In this document: piece after piece, positions 36,496-49,059 of the stretch
Numbering within the stretch: position 1 is the first letter of the stretch
How the letters are laid out: each line of letters opens with the position of its first letter
Source of the DNA: Cirrosporium novae-zelandiae
Lineage: Eukaryota
NCBI GenBank assembly: GCA_026023565.1
Contig: JAPETS010000008.1
Location: forward strand, 744,001 to 808,000
Direction of reading: 5' to 3'
Length of the DNA stretch: 64,000 bases
Notes under the pieces: generated by a model
Databases searched by the model: none
What the model was told of the DNA's origin: nothing
The model's input: only the letters and a program-made list of their open reading frames with translations
Translations under genes and position numbers: made by a program

Positions 36496-38992
36496 CTATC
36501 TGCCCACAGGCAACCAGGCTCTTGGTTCATCCATACTCCTGTATACTCTCCCGCCGGGAGTTAGGGGAACATCAACCAGAGACCTATTTCTCCTTCTCAT
36601 TCCCATCTCCAACCCCTCATCCTCTTCGTCGCCCATCTCGTCCGCCAGTCTCGAGAAATAGTCTGCAAGACCACCAGGATTGGCGATAGATTCATATTCA
36701 GGGGGAGGAGTTTGAAGAGGCGGTGGAGGGTCGGTTGACGCATCCGAGAAATCAGGTGGGCTAAAAGAAGGAGAACGTAGGAGGTGAATGGGACGAGCTG
36801 CGTCATCGGGGTGGAGACGATTAGGATCAGGAAAATTGGCCGAGGATGATTGAATGTGAGCAGGTGCAGGCATTGAGACACTGGTGGCCGAACAGTCGGG
36901 TAGTGAAGAGTTTGAATTGTCACCACTAATCAGGTTTGAAAGACCCGAGTTCCGCCGACGGACCGCTGCACCTGGGCAACCACATTCAAACTCATCAGTA
37001 GCAAGGGGGTTCCCGGCGCCGTTGCAGGAAGAATACGCAGGAAGAGAGGTATTAGCCTGAGTGGCACGACATGAGAGTATGTGAAATGGTGAATCAATAG
37101 AGATTTCGAAATGCCGACGCTTGCTTGAATCAATAGCATCCGGTTTGGACAATCGCATCACGATCTGGAAGAATTAGCCTATGCTGTTAGAGAATAAACA
37201 AAGTTTGGTCATGTACCTTTATCCAGTGATGGACTTGAATGTTTTGAAATGTCGTGTCAAAGTGAATTTTTTGCGTCTTGTCCTTGTCCTTCATACCATG
37301 ACAGCTTGGTAGCTGTACGTTGAATTCCATTTCCGTGGGGCCTATGCTATGCTCGTTTTCCAGATCACCTAATAGATTCGTGGTGTTCCTTTCTACATTT
37401 TCCTCTCCTCTGGCGGCTGCTTCACGGCTATCATAGCTCACTCCTCCACCAGCTGTAATTCGCAATGAGCTTCCAGGGTAGGTGCTCGTGCTAGGCGCAT
37501 CTGCTCTCTTTTCAAATAACTGAATCTTTCGTGTCGGCTCCAGTCGGTGAACCCGTTTGTTATGCGTGAAATATTGAATATTCTCAGTAACATAAACCTT
37601 TATCCGATGGCATTGAACTTTTGCGAGAGGTGTAAGCTTGAAAGCAATCGGTATTTGAGCTCCTAATGGGAACGATTTCCCGGAAATGACAATCTCGTAA
37701 TGCAACTGGTCCTCCCAGCTCCGCGAGATAGCTATGGGTTCGACCTGTTCCAGTGATCCTTCCGATGGCGCTCGTATTAAAAGCACTTCCTTTGATCCGA
37801 CTAGATTGGCCCTGAAAGCGCCCGCACGTTCGACTGTGGCTTCAAGCTCATATCTGACGCTACCCAACTCAACATTAATGGTCTCGGGAATCCTAGAATC
37901 CAATGGAAGCTCAAAGTTATAAATATAATCACCAGGGTGAAAAAGTTTATAGCCTTTTTGAGCAACTGTAGGGCCTCCATGGGCGGAGTCCCCTTTGCCA
38001 AAACTCCTTGCCTGACTAATTTGTAGAGAAAGTCGTTTGGCATCTCTTGAACTGAGATTATTGTTGATGGGGGAGCTGTTGTGCGAGAATATGTCGAAAA
38101 CAGAGGCGTCTGTGACTCCAATCTCTTTTGTTGAGGTTGAGGGTGCCTTTGCCAGCTGCATGTGATCTGCGCCATGGCTCGTCTCGGCAAGCGGAAATTG
38201 AGCATTGAAGAAAGGCCAAGTATGGTTCATGATGCTCTCCGTATCTCGAAATTCAGTCTTCCGCGGAGGTATTCCTTCCGGCCATTCCGTCTCTGCCTTG
38301 CCTCTGAAGTTTAGACTTATGGTTTTTATCTTGGCACTTTTGGTGATCTTCAAGTGCAGAGCACCTCTCAGCATCGTCGTCGCTCGATGGGAAGAGTCAG
38401 ACTGCTCGAACCCCTGCAGAAAAAGGACTGGTTCGGTTAAGGCAATCGATACTGCAATTCCATTTCCAGAAGCAACTGGCTTTTCGTTACTTAAGGGTAT
38501 TCCATGTTCTGTTCTTGATCCACTTCTACTTCTGGAGGATGATGATGCTCCCCTTATGTTTTCCACCAACGACGGCCGACGGCTCGATGTAGCATTTGTA
38601 AAACTTCCACCCCGAGAACGTGGTATGATTCCATCCACAGAAACCATGTTCCCCCCCTGCGAAACCGGCCTGTCGCCCGGTCTTCGCGAACTCTGTGGTC
38701 TCAGATCGTTGGAAGAAGATGAAGGTGTGGATGGTGTTCTTGAAGAAGCTACTAGGCGAAGGAGCTTTTTTGCGTTTTCTCGGTGGCCCGCCAGTTTTTT
38801 CGATCTAGATGACTTCTTGGACTTTTGGTAAGGAGCTCCCAACTCGGCGCCTACGTTGGCCACTCTGAGAATATGAGGTCTCGGGGATCGTGCTAAAAAT
38901 GTGCTGGGAGTAGTCGAAGTGTCGTCGGAGCGGTCTTCGGGTATATACTCTAATCGGCCGCTCCTTGATGATACCGAGACGTAGCCTGCCAT
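36496..38992 (-). CDS. Alpha-arrestin (arrestin-related trafficking adaptor, Aly1/Aly2-like), 2 exons (38992-37217, 37164-36496)
   Basis: Arrestin N and C motifs (LRGALHL, TEWPEGIP, GDYIYNFELP, WEDQLHYEI, VHHWIK|IVMRLS, FEISIDSP) and PY motifs LPAY and PPEY. Intron 37216-37165 is in frame. Confidence 0.92.
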
Positions 38993-41900
38993 GGAGATAG
39001 AAATATAAGTATGATTCTCAATTCCCCAGTCACCGATGTGCTTTAGGAAGAGGTGTAGAAAATTCGAATTGGACTATCGCATCATGATATTGAGGTTGAA
39101 ATAAATTAGAGAGTGGAGGGGGAGACAAAGTCACAAGGAAATGATGATTAGGAAGCAAATGTGTGTGTGGGTGAGAACCGCATGCAGCGATTCAAATATG
39201 AAGGAGGAGGAGTAGGGTTTGTTTGACTTTTAATGTTGGTGTTGACGATTGAACAATGGCAATGTTTCGTCAAATGTCAACAACGCGATCCGGACGGAGG
39301 AGGAAGGAACAATGGAGATATGTTTTCCGAATGAATTTTGGGCAGACGGTTAAAAAGCAAAAATCGAAAATCGAAATAAGTTTCGAGGGTGGAATAGACG
39401 TACGGAGAAAGTGGGCACAATAATATGTTTATTATGTGGGATGAGTATTATTATTATTATTATGCCAGGATGAAGGGGTCGGCGCTAATTAATTACTGGA
39501 GGTTTTGGACCTGAGGGGGGGGAAGGTAACGAGTCACCGTGGACAGCACAAAGACACCAGGGCACCAAGTTTGAAAGATGAGGGATAGATGAGCGAATAC
39601 CACCAGCAAGAGGACCGGTTGAGCATGGAACCAGGAAGAGGCCGGATGTGGGAAATCAGATGAAGTTCTGGGTCGTCAGGCGTGAAGTAAGTCGAATCAG
39701 TCAATCAGTTTGAATTTAGTCAGGCGTCGTTCTGTCTTCCACTCCTCTTTTTCCACTAGCTATTTCTTCTTTTTTGTCCTCTTTTCTTTTCTTGGGGGGG
39801 GAGGGGAGAGAAAAGAAAAGTGGTTGATGCCACTCAAGAGCGTCAGAGAAGAACAGGGAGACCAAGAAAGGTAATGATGTGGGCACACACGAAGCCAAAT
39901 TGAGTGGAAAATGCCAACCAGACGAGAGAATACCAAGGATAAGCCTTATAGATATTGGTACGATTGGATATGGAATCTAAAGTGCAAGAACCATAAATGC
40001 CTAAGATTTGCAAGATTAACAACGGTCAGAATTGATTGAATTCTTAGGTAATCTGGGTCTTGGCTTTGTTTGGTCTTGGTCTTTGGTTAATTAATTGCTA
40101 CTGTGGTTATGGCGCGTGTAGAGATAATCTTGGGCATGGGTGACGGGAATGCGGTGTGATCTGTGCGTTTTTTTTTGTTTTGGGCTTTTTGATGCTTGAT
40201 GCTTGTACTTGGTAGACTTTTTTTTGATGCAGGCGTCACTGGCAGGACTGGAGATTTCGGGAGATTCGGAGTAATTATTTGGAGGGGGGGGAATATTTGA
40301 CACTAACCCGAAAATGTCGGGGAAAAACTGGATAATTAGACTATGTATGATATGCACATACAAATCAATACCATAATACAGTACATAATTACACAAGTAA
40401 TTAATTAATCAATCTTGATGATTTGACTACCGAGCTTTTTGGTTATTCAGCTGAGAATACTTTTTATCATGTACGTCAGTTCAATAACTTTTTGGTCCCT
40501 TTTCTTTTAACCAAGAAAGGTATTAAGCTAAGCTAACCTGATATCTAGGCTTAATTGAAAATCATGTTGGTTCTCTAATAATAATCATGCTGATGACGAT
40601 GATGGTGGTGGTGATGATGATGATGATGGAAACAACAACACAGTCAACAACGGCCTCAATCCTTTAATTTCTCGGACAAGTGGGACGACCTTTCAACTTT
40701 CAAGTTTTACAAAGTTTCGCAGTCACAGCCCTGACGACAGAGTTTCAAAATAGTTAGTCTCAAATAGCCCCAAAATCCCCCCCAGTTTAAGGGTAAGACG
40801 AAGCTTCCTTTAACCCCAGGACTTGACAGCTTTTACTTACTAGTAAACTGACTGAGCTGCCATAGTCCTGCAGAGCTTACTGAGGCGGTCTGCAGAGACT
40901 TTTTTGAACAAGGGTCTTTTTTAAATCTGTCGACTGGCGTAGCCCCGTAGAACCTGAAAAGTGTTCTAGGTCCCTTATTTAGGTCGATGCTCGCTGTGGC
41001 TTGAATCTTGATATTTGGTTGTAGATCTGTATAGGAAGTCCGAACATTCCGGAATCCGACTGAGAGATTGTTACAACTTTCAACTGAACAAGCTACCTGA
41101 TGTTTCGACATGTTTTACCAACTACCCAACTTGATCTAAACTTTTTTCCCCGGGTGCTGGAGAGCATCTTGGTGGTGGAAGAGTTAATTGCCACATATCT
41201 CCAAGCCCACCACGCCCACCAAGCCCTAAAGGTTACGTGGATGTTTGTTTGGTGCCTTGCCCTAATTTGCTAGCCAAGATAGTTATTGTGAGGCGTGACC
41301 TAATATTGATGTTGGCAGACTTGATCAAACCAGGGGGGGGGACTTAAAGAAGCATAAAAAATAAGGAAAGAGGGAATGAATGGGTTGAGGCAGTGAAGGT
41401 GTCTAGTGTCTACAAAGTTCACATCAGACCACCAAAGACATTATTTCGTATTACCTCTCGTATATAGTACGTCGTCAGTATGGGCACTGGACATATGCAT
41501 GCATAGTCGGCCTTGTACTTTTCTCGCATAAGTATTAATTATGAAGCTTGTTACGGCGGATCCATGACTTCAGGCCGATTCTTCCGAGCTTCTTCCGATT
41601 CACTTTTGAAACTTGAAACGGCTTTCACACCACGGAATATCAATAACTCCGTCCCAGGGCCCTTGAATTCCCGCTGCCCAACCCCAACTCTGTCTGGCGG
41701 GATGACGATAAGCCCACCACAACTGGATTCTACTCCACAATTCGGATCTTTCCTTGTCTTGCTTGTCGACATACTGTGTAATACACAATCAATTTTGCAT
41801 TGCATCTTCAGGGCTGTGCAATTTGAATGGTAGGTATTTCCTCGGCAAGTAACCCGCTATAACTATTACCGAAAACTCACCCCAATCCCAAACGACATAC

Positions 41901-43171
41901 ATGGAACATCCCGAATCGCACCCCTCGTCACGTCAACAAGATTGTTTTTATACCCGACATTTCCAGCAACAAACCCCTTGAGCCTTTTGCTGGGTTAATA
42001 TTTCTCAGTTTGGCCCTGCGCGCGATAATGGTGGCAGATGACACACGAATCCATCGATAATGGGCTTTTCTTTCTCAATCACCTTCGGTCGAAATGTCAC
42101 CAGGTCGACCTCGATACCTGGTAGCCTTTCCCGCTATCAGATACCATTTTCATGAACACTCACGAACACCCTTCACCTTTCCAAGCAGCCATCTTCCTTG
42201 GGTTCTTTTTCAAAGTGACACTGTGGTCATTAATCACCGAAGATGCCTGCCTCCACGATTACATCTACAGCAGACCTTACCAGTCCCACCCAGAACCTTA
42301 CTTAAGCATCGAGATGCTGATGTAAAAAGACAAGCTATTCGCACTGTGGGCTGACCACCTGACTTCGCTGGCACCTTAGACATGTGTCTTTGTCTATCTC
42401 TACACCGACGATAAATTCGAGATAAGAAACAAAGAAAACCACTTGAACCCCTCACTCCCTCACACAAGGACAACCAACTAGGCATGCCACAAAATTAACA
42501 AAAAGGCACCTATGATCGATTTGAAAGACAACAAATTCACAAAAGCCCGCTAACATACCTTTTTTTCTACCAAGTAGTTAATCTATTTGTTTGCGTGTTT
42601 TTCCATTTTTTAGTTTGTCCAGAAATAAATCCAAAGGTCTTGTCCTGCTCCAAAGTATTGGGTCGGTAGTTATAGTCGCAAACTCCGACTTACCATCTTT
42701 TATTCATGATATCAAGATTATTGAAACCCGATTTTTGCAGAATTGACATGGTTATTATTGTTGTTGCTCATGGATAATGAATTAACCCCCCTCTTTTTTT
42801 TGTCTGATGATATATTCCCTTACTTTGGTTTGCCTACGGTTTATCTTAGGATACCTGGCTAGGTCCATTAGCTAGGGAGGGGGGTACCATAATTAGTGCC
42901 CTCTTTTCCCTTTCTCTTTTCTACTTAAGATAGTTAGCTCTTTCTTGTCTATCGAAAAAAGCTATTCTACTTTTAAAAAGATAACATTATAGCTTAATAA
43001 CGACTAGATACCTAATCCACAGAATGCCTACCCTATCGCCAGCTCGAGTCTCCTGATATAGAGATAAACCCATTAAGACAATGAAATCCCTGGTATGAAA
43101 AGACTTCTGAACTTTGACAAGGAGGAGCACAAAAGAAACTCAATTCTCAGACCGTCTAATCTCATAGTACC

Positions 43172-43938
43172 CTACCACTTCCCTCCCCAACTACTCCCCG
43201 GCTTCCCATGTCCATGCTTCTCAGGTTTCCCGCCATGTCCATGTTTCCCCTCTTTGAATTTATCCCCTAGCACATTCCCCAACAGCGCGCCGCCCACCGT
43301 GCCGATGAGCCCGTGTCCCGCTTTGTGACCCATGTAGTAACCGGCAGCGCCGCCCATCAGGGATGTTCCGAGACCGCGTTCGCCTTCTGGGGCATTGGGG
43401 TCATAGGGTTGTTGTTGTTGCTGTTGTTGCTGCTGCTGTTGTTGTTGCGGGTTGTTTTGGTCATACTGCTGTTGTTGGTATTGTTGAGGTTGAGAAGGAT
43501 CATAATTTCCCCTTGCGTTGTTATCGCCGCTGGTGAATTTATATTTAGTCAGTTTCATATCCCGTTTCCGTCTCCCCCAACCCAAAACAAGAGAAGAGAA
43601 ACTCACAAATACCCCGGGTGCCCCTGTGGATTACTGTTGCCATAATCCCCAAATTGCGTCCCGGCCTGCCCGTGCTGGAACCCCCCGTGCTCTGGTGGTC
43701 CGAACGAGCTCGTTCGCGCTGGCGGGCCAAAGGTTGATGGATCTTGTTGCTGTTCGTTATATTGGTTTTGTGGCTGGTAGGTGTTGTATTCGGGAGGAGG
43801 AGGCTGCTGGGGGTAGGCGTATGAGCCTGTTTGGTTCGGGGGAGGGTAGTTGGGATCGTATTGTTGCTGTTGCTGGTGGGGTTGCGAGGGATAGTAACCC
43901 TGAGAAGGGTATTGGTTGGTGTTGTATGGGTCGGACAT
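43172..43938 (-). CDS. Q/Y/P/N-rich protein with C-terminal glycine zipper, 2 exons (43938-43607, 43529-43172)
   Basis: Intron 43606-43530 (GTGAGT..CAG) is in frame. Glycine zipper [36 protein letters not shown]; poly-Q tracts. Confidence 0.85.
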
Positions 43939-45135
43939 GTTTAGGCTGTTGGTGAGGAGTTTTAAGTTATAAGATGAAAGCGGAGGCGTTTGGCTTTTCT
44001 TATTTTTGTTTAAAGATGGCTCCTTTCTCTTTTTAAAGGATTTGGAGAATATGGGATAGGTATGTATGTATGAATTATTCTGAGACACTTTCTTCTGATG
44101 AACAGAAAAAGGAAGGAAGGAAGCGGGGTCTTGTTATTAAGGCAACCTGGAACTGGAACTGCGCCCCCGGTGACCGGAAAATTAGGGACCCCGTCTCCAG
44201 GATACATTACGGCACAGGGCTGAGCAAGGGCTGATGGGGCGGTGCTTACCATCACTACCTGGAGCTACTCGAGTATATGGTGTGGCTTACCACGTTCTCC
44301 ACACAGTACTCGAGCACTCTCCTGTGCCGAGAGATGGCTTATCTGGATTGGTATGATGTTGCACGATAATTACGTCATCAGTCCGCGAATGCTGGCGGGC
44401 GGGAAGGCGGGGGCGGGGGCGGGGTAATTCAAATCTACTCGAGCATATCACCAAAAGTCTAACGTAATTAAAAACACTAAAATTTGTTTTTTTTTTTCAT
44501 ATGTCTTATGTAAACGTTTTGGTCGGAGAGGAAGTTAAGAATGGGGATTCCAGACTTAGGGGCTTTTTTTTAAGAGAGAGGAGAGGAGAGGTGGGGGGAG
44601 GGGCTAGATGTTAGATGGTATATTGTAGTCTAATCTCATCTCATGGTAATTTTTTTTGCCTTTCTAGAAGCATGTGAAATTGGAAGGAGAGAGTTGGAGA
44701 AGGAAAGGCTGGGTGAGTTGATTATCTATTGCTTTTTTTAAGAGAGAGAGACTTTCGGACTTGCTGGATTGTTGAATTGTTGGATTACATACATACATGT
44801 CAAGATAATTAATTAAATAGGAGTGATGGACTGTGATAGACCATAGCAACCACCTCCCTCCATCATCTATAATCCATCCGTAAGACTGCGGTGGCAGCCT
44901 TGGGGTGTAGGCTACGTGTGAGGAGAGAGTTGATGTATGCAAGCAGAAATATTACAAGGAATAGATTGCTACTAAATGGTTGTACAGTACATGTACCTAT
45001 TTCTTACAATTGTCAAACAGGGGTCAGAAGCGACGGTCAACAGTAATTGTCCATCTCATTTCTGCCAGAGACTTCAATTCTTCTCTTTTCCTTTGCGTTG
45101 AATTTTCTTCTTGAATTTAAGATTGAAGTTGATCG

Positions 45136-46275
45136 ATGAAATCTCGAAGTGCCGCTATCGAAGCAGAGGCCTTCATCAATAATGAGACATTCGGAGGTCC
45201 TTCCAATGATGATATATGCGGCCGGGTCGTAGGCAGCAATCAACAAGGCCATGTTAACTCTCCCACTGGCCCTCAAAAGATATACGAAAGGGAAAGACGG
45301 ACGACTGGCTCTACTTGGAATCGACTAGCGGGGTATCGTCTACGACCACTGACATTCACGGCTCTTGTACGATTATCTAGAGATCTTGAAACTTCGTTGG
45401 AAGCAAGCGCCACTACACCTGGCTTTCATGATGTCTACGCTGTTACTCGACCAGATCTTGCCCCCGTGGGCTTCTACGGTCTCTTCGACACTGGTCTGTA
45501 TACTGTAATGGTCACTTCTATCATCTTAGCACCGACCCACAGGCACATAAAGGACGAGACTTGCTTCATACTTCCAAGAAGCTGAGACGTCATCGAACAA
45601 GTCTCAAGGATGAAGATCTATCTACCCGAGAAACGGGGGCATATAGCCATCTTCTGAATAGTCCGGGCACATGTCTTCTAGCTTACCATATTGGACAAAC
45701 GGACTGTGAACCAGAGGAGATAAAAGAGCTTTCTGAATGGATAATAAGCCGGTTGAGTTCCTACAGTTTCTTCAGCAACAACTGCCAGCATTTTGCATTG
45801 GCTCTTTGTGCTAGGATCCTATGTCGACGACGGAACCATGCGGTCTTCCTGGGGACCAAACTACAAATTGTTGAATGGGATAGAAAGATCCAAGGGGGTG
45901 GAATTAAAACGCATAAGAATGGTTTCAAGACAGGATTCTGCCTTGCTACACCGTGCAAAAATGGGCCGAGCTCATGGCTTAAAATGTACAACCGCCATTT
46001 CCATGTGGACGTAGATTCCTATCAATTAGGAGAACTATGGCCTCAGGGCGAAACCGCATTGCTTCCAGACGACATTTTGGAATACAGTGTATGGCGGCGG
46101 CAGCTTGCTTTCCGTCTGGTTACCAACACGTTTCCAAAAGTCAGGTTATTGCTTTTCAAAGAGCAAAATAATGATTATTAAGGAGTACCCTATCTATCGT
46201 TATACTTTCACGTTGGTTTATCAGGCCGTAGATGCCGTAAGAGAAAGGCATCATACTTCTGCACCTATTCATTGA
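45136..46275 (+). pseudogene. PPPDE (permuted papain-fold) peptidase-like gene with a single frameshift at about 45460-45465
   Basis: Frame A gives DVYAVTRP. Frame B gives LRHWSVYCNGHFYHL...AYHIGQT...YSFFSNNCQHFA, the His/Cys dyad. One extra C in GCCCCC joins them. Possible short last intron 46140-46182; otherwise the stop is at 46181. Confidence 0.65.
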
Positions 46276-47338
46276 ATACGCTGCCCTTTTTCTTACAATT
46301 TAACATACCTAAGCTATCTTCATTCATTTACTATGCCGCAAGCCAGCCTATCAGATCTGAATTCAACTATATTTAATCATACGCGTCACCCTTCACCAAG
46401 CGCAGTCACTATCCTAGAGAATCCAATCTCCACAAAATTTCCTTAACATCTCTCTAATATTTCAAAAAAAAAAAAAGAGAGAGAGAGAGAATGTATTTAT
46501 TTGTTACGAATAGAACCCCTCAGGGGCGGCGGCGCGTGAGGCAAGAGAGAGAATTAGATTGGGGAATAAATATACATTGAAAATAAGGAACAAGAAGATG
46601 CCAGGGAAATACATACAGGTCATAAAATCAAACATTATTTCCATAAAGGCCTAGAAAGTCCAACTTTGTAAAAATCATTATCCAACTTTCTATTTTCTCA
46701 CTTTTCCCCTCAAACTGGGGAAATAACGTCGATGGGGACATGGCATGTTTTTTTTTTTTGAGGGCAAGGGAGTAGTAGTCTAGTAGCTACCCCAAAGACA
46801 TGAAAAGGAGAGGGGGAATATATTTTTTTTATCAGCCCTAGTTCTTTCTCTCCTTACTTCAACGATTAAGTAAAATGTTACGTGCACACACACGCGAGAT
46901 ATGTTCATAGTAGAATATTTTCCTCAGCTAGCTAGGTACCTATCTATCTGGAGATGATATGCTACAATTGGTATAACCATTATCACTTCTTGGGTTGAAG
47001 TAAGTATGCGAAACCGGTGGGTGTTGCCTGACTGACTGACTACCTTGGTAGTTTTTGGCTTATTATCCATCTCTAACGCTCCTCCCCCCTTTTATACCAC
47101 AGTAACTACCTAGGTATGTTTACTCAGAAGAGAAAAAAAATCTTTCGTTAAAACGTATACAACTTCTCTTTTTTTTCTTCCTTTCCTTTCTGCAGTCCCT
47201 CAAGGAAAAAAAAAACAATTACGAATCATTTTAAAAAGTTACCCAGCTGCTCTCCTACGTTAATTCGATTTCCATTGATAACTTACTTCTAAGCTTATTA
47301 TACACTCAAACAACAAAGAATAACAACAACAACATAAA

Positions 47339-48559
47339 ATGGATAATTCGAACCGGAATATAGACACTCGCTACAAAAAGTATAAGGAGGACATTGCTAC
47401 AATTATTCGTGATTGGGGATTTTGGGTGGGCGGCGAATATCTCGAGTCATTTCCGCCTTTCAGTCTACCTCACGACCCACCGCCACACATCTCCTCCTTT
47501 CTCTATATAATTGCTAATTACATCATAGCTCATGTTGAAAACATTAGAATGCTAATATTGACCACCGAGTCAGGGGTATCAAAGTTGATAAGGATAGAAA
47601 TCGATGCCCTCTTCCAGGGTCCTATTAGGAACCTGAAAAGGGTTCATGAAATGTGCTATATGGACAGATATGGTGGCTTCATGATACAGGAGCTTGGCAA
47701 AATAATCTGGGGAATTTGCGACGGCCTGAAAAGGCTGCTCGAAAGTCTCACTAACGAATACTGGCCACTTGCAGACTATCTTCGTGATGATAGGCAGGAT
47801 TGGGGAGATAAGCTAGCGAAGTCACACGGATTGATCGGAAGTATAGACTGTGTCATCGAAGAGTGCAAACATCTATTAGACGTACGGACACAAGGAACAC
47901 CAGAGTTCCTAATAAAGAGAATGGAGGGTAGTAGGACCAACTTGAACGCTATCATTGACAAGCTAGTAAGATGGGTAAAGGGCGATATACGCCTGGAAGA
48001 TGCAGGCCCGGATGTTATCTGGCATCCTGACCGAGAAATGGAGGTTATCTGCAGTCCTGACCAAGAAATGGAGGTTATCTGCAGTCCTGACCAAGAAATG
48101 GATATAGACGTCCAGTCTGAGTCTAGTGCTAGAAGCATATCTCTGAGGTCAGAAGAGTCCCAATTTTTGTTCACAGTTTCAAAGGCGACCATAAAACTCG
48201 GCGAGGTCATGAATATTTATGAACCGTTGCTTAATCGACGCATCCGGTCCCTCTCAAACCTGTCTGCCTCAAATGGCGGCAGGCTAGAGCCTCTCCTAGA
48301 TATTCCACAGCAGAATCTCGTAAAGGTCTCTGCCATCATAGACTCACTATGCAGCATGCGGGACGCGGCTTCAAATGCCAAAGTTCATGTTTACCAAGGG
48401 AGGCAAGAACACGCCTATCTTTCTTTCCAGAATGTGTGGGCTCACGCTAAAGAGGCTCTTTATTTTGGAAGAGAAGATTGGAGCGGGGAAAATGATGATA
48501 TGTCGGTTTGGGTTGATGAATGGCTTGATGCATGGCTTGCTACTTTTGAGAAAGCTTAG
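47339..48559 (+). CDS. Hypothetical alpha-helical protein with internal 10-aa tandem repeat
   Basis: 406-aa ATG ORF with A-rich start context. No domain recognised. Confidence 0.65.
   Translation: MDNSNRNIDTRYKKYKEDIATIIRDWGFWVGGEYLESFPPFSLPHDPPPHISSFLYIIANYIIAHVENIRMLILTTESGVSKLIRIEIDALFQGPIRNLKRVHEMCYMDRYGGFMIQELGKIIWGICDGLKRLLESLTNEYWPLADYLRDDRQDWGDKLAKSHGLIGSIDCVIEECKHLLDVRTQGTPEFLIKRMEGSRTNLNAIIDKLVRWVKGDIRLEDAGPDVIWHPDREMEVICSPDQEMEVICSPDQEMDIDVQSESSARSISLRSEESQFLFTVSKATIKLGEVMNIYEPLLNRRIRSLSNLSASNGGRLEPLLDIPQQNLVKVSAIIDSLCSMRDAASNAKVHVYQGRQEHAYLSFQNVWAHAKEALYFGREDWSGENDDMSVWVDEWLDAWLATFEKA
48011..48100 (+). repeat. Coding 30-bp tandem repeat x3
   Basis: Two identical GAGGTTATCTGCAGTCCTGACCAAGAAATG units plus one diverged upstream copy. 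Confidence 0.92.
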
Positions 48560-49059
48560 GAAGAAGATTAGTTGAAAGGTTCCGAATTGGGGGGGTTCTT
48601 TGATGATTAGACCAGACTTGGGCCTTGAACTAATGCCTATAACAAGGTTGGGATTTCTATATTTCTCAATGGCAGAAGTGATGAATTGAAGCGATGTTTG
48701 TGCAGTAGTAACAGGAGTACATGGTTGATTTCAGGCATCATTAGACATTATCAGGCATCGATTTTGTGCCGAATTATGTTGAGTCTCGATATCTTATGAT
48801 TGGACCAACAGAAGAATTGTTTGTTATGTTTGTTAATTACTCGTCTAGTTTTAGCGGATTAGACTAAATGTAGAAGTTACAATACGTCATATGCTTCGTA
48901 TCAAGAAATTCACTTTCTCTTCCGCAACCAACTTCATCTCTAAATAAAAACTCCTCTTCATACAACAGGTTATATATCTATTGGCTTTACGTTTTTGACT
49001 GACCTAGAGAATTCCTGTAATTACAGCGAGTCTTCATAAGACCTAAGTTACTTATTGTC

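Noticed and set aside
41513..42485. Possible spliced gene or pseudogene on the minus strand
   Set aside because: Could not build an in-frame model or recognise a family.
48011..48100. CRISPR-like array
   Set aside because: Contiguous tandem units without spacers, inside a eukaryotic ORF.
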